This document shows, in pieces, positions 8,599 to 14,792 of a stretch of DNA of 14,792 nucleotides. Under the pieces are notes generated by a model, which was not told where the DNA came from, made no database searches, and was given only the letters and a program-made list of their open reading frames with translations. The DNA is from Ignavibacteriota bacterium (GTDB lineage: Bacteria > Bacteroidota > Ignavibacteria > UBA10030 > CAVZMI01), in contig CAVZMI010000019.1 of the NCBI GenBank assembly GCA_963776275.1, forward strand, positions 1 to 14,792, given 5' to 3'. Numbering within the stretch: position 1 is the stretch's first letter; the number at the start of each line of letters is the position of its first letter. The position numbers and the translations under genes were made by a program.

Positions 8599-9459
8599 AT
8601 GCATCTTATCGACATTATTCGCCGTTTTAAGGGAGGAATTCTACTTGCCTCCTCACTTGTCGTGATCGAAAATGTTGCCTGGATCATCGAGCCGAGTGTT
8701 TTCGGAAAAGTCATCGATGCACTGATCGATGCGGCATCGAAAGGAACGAATATATCTGCCCTTAGTCCGCTCCTAATCTGGATTGGAGTTTTTTTCGTCA
8801 ATTCCGGTGTCGGGTCATTGAGACGTTCGTTCGATCAGAAAATTTTCCTCAATATGTTCACCGAAATAGCGACAAGCGTTTTAAAGTCTTCGAACAAACA
8901 AAAACTCTCCGTTTCACGGACAGCGGCAAGGGCTCAACTGTCGAAAGAGTTTATCACATTCTTACAATACCGTGTCCCTGAAATTATGGAACAGGTCATC
9001 GCTATCGGCGGTGCATTGGTCGGTTTGTCATTTTTCGATTACAGGATCGCACTGACATGTTTTATCGTTACTATCCCGTTGTTGGCAATCAACATCCTCT
9101 ATAATAGAAAGGTCGTTCTCCTGCAGGCCAATATTCACGACAGTGCAGAAGATGCATATGAGATTTTTGCCGGTCGTGATCCCGAGACCGTTCGTGCATA
9201 TTATTCGGCATTGGCCGTTCCTCAACTGAAAGTAGCGAACTGGGGGGCGATTACATTCGGGCTGATGCGGCTTTTCCTTCTTGGAATTTTTCTCGTCGTC
9301 CTCTACATCTCGATCGATCTGGATGATTTCACAACAGGAAATATTTATTCAATCGTGGCGTATATCTGGACGTTCATTACGTCGTCTGAGTACCTACCGG
9401 AATTAATGGAAAGCTGGACATCGTTGAAAGATATTTCAACGAGACTCAAGGCTGATTAG
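8599..9459 (+). CDS. ABC transporter six-transmembrane-domain protein (stand-alone ABC_membrane_3-type), with no ATPase domain
   Basis: 286 aa with about 6 TM segments. Motifs LV.IEN....EP.VFGKVID.L, RR.FD.KIF, ARAQLSKEFI.FL...VPE and G.IYSIVAYIW.F..S...LP match the family. No Walker A/B motifs. Confidence 0.8.
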   Translation: MHLIDIIRRFKGGILLASSLVVIENVAWIIEPSVFGKVIDALIDAASKGTNISALSPLLIWIGVFFVNSGVGSLRRSFDQKIFLNMFTEIATSVLKSSNKQKLSVSRTAARAQLSKEFITFLQYRVPEIMEQVIAIGGALVGLSFFDYRIALTCFIVTIPLLAINILYNRKVVLLQANIHDSAEDAYEIFAGRDPETVRAYYSALAVPQLKVANWGAITFGLMRLFLLGIFLVVLYISIDLDDFTTGNIYSIVAYIWTFITSSEYLPELMESWTSLKDISTRLKAD

Positions 9460-9471
9460 ATGGCTGGTGTA

Positions 9472-9515
9472 AATTGTGACCTGTCCGCCGGAACGAAGTG
9501 AAGGCGGAATTGTGA
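9472..9515. repeat. REP-like GC hairpin flanked by 8-bp direct repeats
   Basis: AATTGTGA (9472-9479), then TCCGCC (9484-9489) pairing with GGCGGA (9503-9508), then AATTGTGA again (9508-9515). Confidence 0.5.
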
Positions 9516-9741
9516 ATCACTAGTGTCCGGTTAGAACTTTGACAGTATATGTAAGTTCATTGACAAAGAAAGAACTGAAACTCAATATGTCACTCTATAC
9601 AATTCTACGAATCTTAAGCGTTTCCTTGTTTGAAAAAGAAACGATAAATCAACGACTTGCAGAATCGAACAGTCTAATCGATACCTGCATGTCCACAGAA
9701 CAGTTGTATTTATTCACTTCTTAACCGTACAGCAGTGATTC
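9514..9741 (+). mobile_element. Internally deleted IS4-family element (MITE-like remnant) retaining both inverted ends
   Basis: Left end GAATCACTAGTGTCCGGTTA (9514-9533) versus reverse complement of the right end GAATCACTGCTGTACGGTTA (9722-9741): 17/20 match. The ends enclose the C-terminus of an IS4-type transposase. Confidence 0.75.
9539..9724 (+). pseudogene. C-terminal fragment of an IS4-family (DUF4372-associated) transposase
   Basis: KKELKLNMSLYTILRILSVSLFEK..INQ.L...QL.LF* matches the recalled C-terminus of these transposases. The stop lies inside the right IR and the DDE core is absent. Confidence 0.75.
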
Positions 9742-9950
9742 TATATATACTTTACCTTTGTTTGGAATGTCTCTGTTTTCAAAAGTAAGAAAATCACAAA
9801 TAAAATCTGATACTCTATTTATTGAAATGTATGTAAGGGTAACCGTTGTTAATGTTTGCTGTCCATCAATTACTGAAAGCTCTCTTATTCCTGAGAATGA
9901 ATAGACATCTTCATTATATCTGCACTTTGCTAATGTTGTTATACTTTTAT

Positions 9951-10775
9951 CTATTTTTCAGGGTTCATTGATTCTAAAGATTTATAAGTGAACTGAAAAA
10001 CCTCGGTCTTTCCATAATTTTCACCGAGAGGATTTCCATATTTATCATAGATTTCAACCTGCCAGACGTATATTTGCCCGTCTTCGAGCTGGATTGCATC
10101 AGTTGGCATCATGACATTTGGAGTAATCATGTCCAATTTGACGAAAGTCTGTTCCGTACAGCTTTCGATTGATTGCTGCGGAGTTTGGTAATCTCGCTTT
10201 TTACATACACTTAACTTGTACCTGAGTTCAAGCTTGTTAACGGATTTTACCGGAGTCCATTGAAATATCGGATACTTTATGTTAATAGTATCATTATCGG
10301 CAGGTTGAAGGAGGATAGGCGGATTGACTGCCCTGACTAAAAATGGAGAGCAGTTCGTGGTAATTTCTTTACCGTCCTGATCGAGGTCAATTACGTCAAC
10401 GCAGAGAGTATAGTTGTCATCGGGTATCCTGCTGGAAGCTGTTACTTTCGATTTGATACTTTCATCCAAAACGAGTGTTGAAAGATCAACAAGTTGTTTA
10501 CCATAAAGAACGATATCCCCGCTTGCCGGTATTTTAAATACCTGGCTTCGAATTTCAGCAACCTTCCCCTTTTCAATGCCGGTTACAGTCAGTATCAACT
10601 GTGCCTGGGGTATCTCTGTCTTTCCCAGATTATTTATTTTCACGCTGACCATCCTCGACTCCTCTGTCCACTCATGAATATAGGGGGAGATATCCGGAGT
10701 AATGATAACCTGGTTCAAAACCTGTGAAAATATATTGCCGTTTAATAGAATAATAATCAAAAATATTTTTTTCAT
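9951..10775 (-). CDS. Secreted TANFOR-like / fibronectin-III-like (Ig-fold) protein
   Basis: ATG 10775 follows GGAGG and gives the signal peptide MKKIFLIIILLNGNIFS|Q. Motifs P..SPYI.EW, RIPDDNYTLCVDV.D, C..F.V...NPPILLQP.D....PIFQWTPV and L..GQIYVWQV....G.TEVFQFTY resemble TANFOR-domain proteins as recalled. Four Cys, probably two disulfides. Confidence 0.65.
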   Translation of the reverse strand: MKKIFLIIILLNGNIFSQVLNQVIITPDISPYIHEWTEESRMVSVKINNLGKTEIPQAQLILTVTGIEKGKVAEIRSQVFKIPASGDIVLYGKQLVDLSTLVLDESIKSKVTASSRIPDDNYTLCVDVIDLDQDGKEITTNCSPFLVRAVNPPILLQPADNDTINIKYPIFQWTPVKSVNKLELRYKLSVCKKRDYQTPQQSIESCTEQTFVKLDMITPNVMMPTDAIQLEDGQIYVWQVEIYDKYGNPLGENYGKTEVFQFTYKSLESMNPEK

Positions 10776-10795
10776 AGTTCCTCCAATAATTTTTC

Positions 10796-12553
10796 TTAAA
10801 ATATTTCTCTCGAATAATTCAGCCACCAGCGGAATTCATCAAATCCACCGGGACGCCCCGGGTTATGCCATGTTGAATGAAGCTGAAGCGATAAAATTTC
10901 ATTTTCAGCGATTCGGAAATTAATATCCATGCCTGCTTCCCAGTGGTCATTGATAATAACTTGCTGGAAATAAAACTGCTCAGAATATGAAAATGAGCCT
11001 TTTAGCTTTACTCCAAGCTTCCTGTTATAAAACAGAGATTCTATTGCAATATCCGATGTATTGATTGTTTGTGTATTATCTGTCTGAACTAATCTCGAAT
11101 GAGAATTAGATAATGTAGTGGTAAAATTTTCACCAATACTTACTCCATAAGAAATTATTAAGTTCAGATTTTCGTAATTCAGCTTATAATTACCGCTGTC
11201 TGCATTGGTATTCACACTGTAAAAGCCGGCTAAAGATAACCTGTTGAAAAATGACGGGCTGCCGAACACAAACATCGGGGTCAGGCTGAAATTATGTGTT
11301 GTCGAGTGTAATGGAGTCATCACAGAATCATCTGAAATGATATTATTAGAATTATGGAACAGGTTATAAGAAACTGAAAATGAAAACACCTTCGAGATGT
11401 TAAAAAATGCTGTCTGAATGAATCTCAGGAGTTCGGTCGTTGCCATCTTACTATTGTCGAGATTATCGTATCGGTAGGCAGCAGTAGTCCTTGCAGATAT
11501 TAATCTTTTAAAAAGGGAATACCTGCTTTCCAATCCATATTCCTGGTAGTCATTATCATGTCTGACGGTACCGAGAGATGTATAGCCCGGCTCTATACGC
11601 TTGAAATTACCTGTCAGTGAAAATCTGTCTAGTTTCAGTTCAAGCTTGGAATTAAATGCATTACTAACACGCGAACTTTGCCTGCCGGTGAATAGAGGAG
11701 TACCGATTATATTAAGTTCTCCGCCGTAAACTTCGGAATACATATTTCTCGTATGAGCAGACACGTCGGCTTCGCCCGACCATTTGAGCATTCCGTCGAA
11801 TATATTTGCTGAAAAAGATGTAGAGGCAACAAGATTCTCCTCGGGCTTTGTATTTCCCGGATGAGCTATTGATGAAGTATCATCTTTAATTTTTAATAGT
11901 CCTATATTAAAAATGAAGCTTTTTTCAGTCCCTATCGATAAATTCCCAGTCCACATTGTTCTGAGATAACTGCCTTCAAGATTCGTTTCGTTGCTGTCAG
12001 CTGCTCTTTTAATAATACCACCGGCAAACTGAAGCCTAAACACGCTTGCATGAAGGTTTGCATCAACTCCCCTCAGGTTAATTCCATTCAAGCAGTACTC
12101 ATTGAATTTAGGTATAATATCGCCGAAGATTAAACCGCCAATATCGTAATATTCGGCGGTTAAGCTTATCTGGTCAACCGCCTGCATTGCTGACATATCT
12201 TCTGTTGACAGGTGTGCATCGAGCTTAATATTAAACGATTTGTTATAAAAATTGCCCAGAAGCTCTATCAGAGTGGCTCTTTTTGGCCTGCGTTCATCAA
12301 TACCGCTGGCTTCATACACTTCATTTTTTACCGAGACCTTCATTTCATTTTTCACAGAATCTACCTCGTCTGCCTGACCGGATTGGTTGGCGGGTATTGA
12401 GTCCCTCTCCTTTTTTTCATCATTGATTACTGAAGAAGCTTTTATCACCGTATCGGCAGTTTTTAAAGAATCGCTCTGAACCTTGGCGAATAGGATAAAT
12501 GGAGGAATGAAAATGTTCACTATAAATATAAATATTTCAAACCTTAATATCAT
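10796..12553 (-). CDS. Outer-membrane beta-barrel protein of unknown family
   Basis: 585 aa with a Sec signal and many amphipathic strands (GVDANLH...FRLQFAGG, F.L.GNFKRIEPGYTSLG, FSFSVSYNLF). The terminal WWLNYSREIF ends in Phe, like a BAM beta-signal. RBS AAGGA. Confidence 0.75.
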   Translation of the reverse strand: MILRFEIFIFIVNIFIPPFILFAKVQSDSLKTADTVIKASSVINDEKKERDSIPANQSGQADEVDSVKNEMKVSVKNEVYEASGIDERRPKRATLIELLGNFYNKSFNIKLDAHLSTEDMSAMQAVDQISLTAEYYDIGGLIFGDIIPKFNEYCLNGINLRGVDANLHASVFRLQFAGGIIKRAADSNETNLEGSYLRTMWTGNLSIGTEKSFIFNIGLLKIKDDTSSIAHPGNTKPEENLVASTSFSANIFDGMLKWSGEADVSAHTRNMYSEVYGGELNIIGTPLFTGRQSSRVSNAFNSKLELKLDRFSLTGNFKRIEPGYTSLGTVRHDNDYQEYGLESRYSLFKRLISARTTAAYRYDNLDNSKMATTELLRFIQTAFFNISKVFSFSVSYNLFHNSNNIISDDSVMTPLHSTTHNFSLTPMFVFGSPSFFNRLSLAGFYSVNTNADSGNYKLNYENLNLIISYGVSIGENFTTTLSNSHSRLVQTDNTQTINTSDIAIESLFYNRKLGVKLKGSFSYSEQFYFQQVIINDHWEAGMDINFRIAENEILSLQLHSTWHNPGRPGGFDEFRWWLNYSREIF

Positions 12554-12597
12554 TTCCTTTAAATGGTAAATAAATCAGATTATTATCTATTTAGGCG

Positions 12598-12625
12598 ATT
12601 CTAATATTTTACTTAATGTTATCAA
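12598..12625 (-). promoter_or_regulatory. Possible internal promoter for the beta-barrel/TANFOR-like pair
   Basis: Minus strand TTGATA-N16-TAGAAT about 45 nt upstream of ATG 12553. The AT-rich context lowers specificity. Confidence 0.3.
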
Positions 12626-12898
12626 GACATAATTGTTCTCCAAAATCAAGACTAGAAAAACAGATAGTGATGGTATAAAAATAGAATCTATTACAAACAT
12701 AATTAAATAGGATACTTTTGGAATCATTTGGCTTGATATTCAATGACGGACAATTGGTTGATGCAAGTAATACAGCAACCCCCGACAAAAAAATCCAAAT
12801 GAAGAGAATGCAAAAATCTATATAATACTCTGCGAAGAGTTCTGTAAGGTCAAATCACACGTAAAGCGATAAAAAGACGTTGATGCCAAGTGATATAG

Positions 12899-12935
12899 AA
12901 ACAAATGGGATTCGAAAAACGAATCCCATTTGTTT
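12899..12935. terminator. Perfect 16-bp stem-loop (bidirectional terminator or mRNA-stabilising hairpin) directly after the Tat/Cys-rich gene
   Basis: AAACAAATGGGATTCG-AAAAA-CGAATCCCATTTGTTT, 7 nt downstream of the stop at 12943. Confidence 0.85.
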
Positions 12936-12942
12936 TCAATAC

Positions 12943-13533
12943 TTATGGTTTCTTTCCCTGTATTGCCTTGACAGATGTATCAGGGGGAGCTGAAATAACA
13001 TTTATTCTAATTTTATCATATTGTTCCCGAGTAATAAGTCTTCCTTGTTTTTTCAATTTTTCAATAACTGCTTTTGAACTTGGAGGTATTACTGGAATTG
13101 GGATTTTACTATCAACCCTTCGTATTTTACCATTACCAAGCTGAATTGCGTTCGTCGCAATAGCGTACCACACAAAAGTAAATCCATCGCAACGACAGAG
13201 GCAATCGCATATATGAATACCGTTGCAAGGACTATAAGTACCACAATTAGTATAAGTACCAGAACAAGTTTGTTCAGGTTGTGCTGGTAAAGAATAACCG
13301 AAGTGATCCAAAAGACCAATGCCGGTATAAACCTTCCCATCATCCTCCATAAATAGTGCTTCCTTATTTAAAGCAATTGTCTTATCTTGGGCTAATAGCT
13401 GTTTCCCGCCAACAACCGAACCAACAGCCAAACCTGCTGCAACTATAGCTGCCTTACCCAAGAAATCTCTTCGTGGGTTGTTAGTTTCTTCCTGGTTTTC
13501 ACCGGGTTTCGATTTTTTTTTGTTTTTACTCAT
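12943..13533 (-). CDS. Twin-arginine (Tat) signal protein with a 7-Cys core; candidate substrate of the adjacent radical SAM/SPASM enzyme
   Basis: NPRRDFLGK Tat motif, h-region AAIVAAGLAVGSVVGG and LLA|QD cleavage site. Core is CSGTYTNCGTYSPCNGIHICDCLCRC. ATG 13533 has AAGGAG 8 nt upstream and lies 22 nt after the rSAM stop. Confidence 0.85.
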   Translation of the reverse strand: MSKNKKKSKPGENQEETNNPRRDFLGKAAIVAAGLAVGSVVGGKQLLAQDKTIALNKEALFMEDDGKVYTGIGLLDHFGYSLPAQPEQTCSGTYTNCGTYSPCNGIHICDCLCRCDGFTFVWYAIATNAIQLGNGKIRRVDSKIPIPVIPPSSKAVIEKLKKQGRLITREQYDKIRINVISAPPDTSVKAIQGKKP

Positions 13534-13555
13534 GTCCAAACTCCTTTAAATTATG

Positions 13556-14792
13556 TTAAACAAATGTTGATTGAGATAATTCACAAAATTCATCTATGCT
13601 ATCTGATAGAATTGACATAAAATTAACATCAAAATTTTCACAAAAAGGGCTATAAATTGTACCGTTATTATACTCTGCATGTTGAGAACAGCCACCGCCG
13701 CAAATAAGGCAATATGGGCAATTCAAGCATTCCTTTATACTTCCTACATGGCGGTTATTCCAATATTTATATTTCTCGTCAAAAAATTGTACGCCGTTTA
13801 AATCAGAAAAAGTTCCTATTTTTGATTGTTCCCTGCCAAGCGTCTCCCAGCAGCAGTAAATATTTCCGTCGGGGGCAAACATATATAACCCTGAATTTGA
13901 AGAACACGTTAAGGATTTTATCTGATAAGGTTTGCTGGCGGCAATAGCGGGAAAAATTTGATTGATTTTATAATTTAAATAACTATTAACAATTACATTG
14001 ATATATTTCTGGTGAAAATCGGATAAACGTTTTTTTATATCCGATTTACTGATATTTGTAAATATTGATGAATCGGAATTCTTTTTGTAAACCGGACTGC
14101 AATAAATAGTTATATATGGATTATTACATAATCCTGCTTTATCGAGGTCGTCTATCAATTCGGGGAAATAATCAATATTATCATTATCAATATTCACCCT
14201 GATAAGAATATGAGTATTTTGGAGTTCGGCAATTTGTTTAATATTTGATATGATTTTATCATAAGAGCTTTCACCCTTAATATGAACTCTTTTACGGTCG
14301 TGTATCTGCTTGGTTCCGTCAATTGAAATCTGTATTTGTTTAAATACCCCTTTTTCAAAGAAAGAAATGAAATCAGCAATATCATGCCCATTGGTTATTG
14401 CAGAAAAAGAATAGCCTCTATCAATGCCTTTCTCAATAATTTCAAATACAATTTTTTTGTTATAGGCATTTAAGGGTTCGCCGCCGTATAAACCAATGAC
14501 ACCGCCTTCGTTTTTGTTGTCTTGAATAGCTTTGATCTGGTCAATACATTTATAAATAACATCAACCTGTTCACTTGTTAACAATACATTATTTTTTGAA
14601 TAACCGACTAAACCTTCATTGCTTAAAAGCTCATTTTGAAGAGGACGCTCATAACAATATGTACACCTGTAGTTACAGTCGTAACTGGGAACAATCATAA
14701 AATTTGAATTGGCTTTATATAATTTATGCAACTCCTCGCTCAATTGATAAACAATTTTCTTCTCTTCTTCGTGAGTTAAATTAGTTAAAAAA
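13556..14792 (-). CDS. Radical SAM/SPASM-domain peptide/protein maturase, 5'-truncated by the window edge
   Basis: Core motifs CNYRCTYC (CX3CX2C, 14654-14677), LYGGEPL, ITNG, QISIDG..HDRKR and RVNID. SPASM motifs C-x12-G-x4-C (CSSNSG...DGNIYCCWE) and Cx2Cx5Cx3C-x15-C (CLNCPYCLICGGGC...C). The frame stays open upstream of the track TTG at 14743 (FLTNLTHEEEKKIVYQL) to the window end. Confidence 0.93.
   Translation of the reverse strand, partial: FLTNLTHEEEKKIVYQLSEELHKLYKANSNFMIVPSYDCNYRCTYCYERPLQNELLSNEGLVGYSKNNVLLTSEQVDVIYKCIDQIKAIQDNKNEGGVIGLYGGEPLNAYNKKIVFEIIEKGIDRGYSFSAITNGHDIADFISFFEKGVFKQIQISIDGTKQIHDRKRVHIKGESSYDKIISNIKQIAELQNTHILIRVNIDNDNIDYFPELIDDLDKAGLCNNPYITIYCSPVYKKNSDSSIFTNISKSDIKKRLSDFHQKYINVIVNSYLNYKINQIFPAIAASKPYQIKSLTCSSNSGLYMFAPDGNIYCCWETLGREQSKIGTFSDLNGVQFFDEKYKYWNNRHVGSIKECLNCPYCLICGGGCSQHAEYNNGTIYSPFCENFDVNFMSILSDSIDEFCELSQSTFV

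Noticed and set aside
12587-12727. 46-aa hydrophobic minus-strand ORF (MIPKVSYLIMFV...) and an overlapping ~80-codon open frame without ATG, between the Tat gene and the barrel
   Set aside because: No convincing RBS or recognisable motif. Hydrophobic bias is expected from T-rich DNA, and the ORF overlaps the putative barrel promoter.
12943-13533. Tat protein as a Rieske, HiPIP, ferredoxin, cytochrome c or methylamine dehydrogenase light chain (MauA; shares ICDC)
   Set aside because: No CxHxGC/CxxH, CxxCxxC or CxxCH motif. It has one Trp and 7 clustered Cys, whereas MauA needs two Trp and more widely spread Cys, and no mau genes are present. A novel metal site is not excluded.
94-14391. Remaining short antisense or alternate-frame ORFs in the track (e.g. 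94..375, 1276..1596, 7433..7798, 8565..8801, 12905..13144, 13089..13343, 13714..13947)
   Set aside because: They are shadows of longer, well-supported genes and have no independent signals.
12943-14792. Anaerobic sulfatase maturase (anSME) plus Tat-exported sulfatase
   Set aside because: The Tat protein is only 196 aa and lacks the (C/S)xPxR sulfatase motif, and no sulfatase is present in the window.
1-14792. CRISPR array, tRNA/rRNA genes, integron attC array
   Set aside because: I saw no regularly spaced repeats, cloverleaf or rRNA-like segments, or repeated attC-like sites by eye.

Overview
Bacterial genomic window, probably from a diderm FCB-group organism (inferred from the DUF4954 and TANFOR-like proteins). 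Left part (1-9460, moderate GC) holds ordinary genes: a translationally coupled pair of a soluble MgtE_N/CBS protein and an NRAMP-related (NRMT-type) transporter behind a structured leader, an ICMT/PEMT-family methyltransferase, a cold-shock protein with a 1-nt frameshift, a secreted hypothetical, a lipoprotein, a DUF4954 protein and a stand-alone ABC 6TM protein. A REP-like hairpin and an internally deleted IS4-family remnant (9472-9741) mark the edge of an AT-rich block (about 9750-14792). That block has four co-oriented minus-strand genes: a radical SAM/SPASM enzyme running off the window edge, a Tat-signal protein with a compact 7-Cys core 22 nt downstream, a perfect 16-bp hairpin, an outer-membrane beta-barrel, and a secreted TANFOR/FN3-like protein. 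The best candidate for an undescribed system is this rSAM/SPASM maturase plus Tat-exported Cys-rich protein, possibly with the barrel/TANFOR pair as export or display machinery. All family assignments come from motif recognition by eye; no searches were run.
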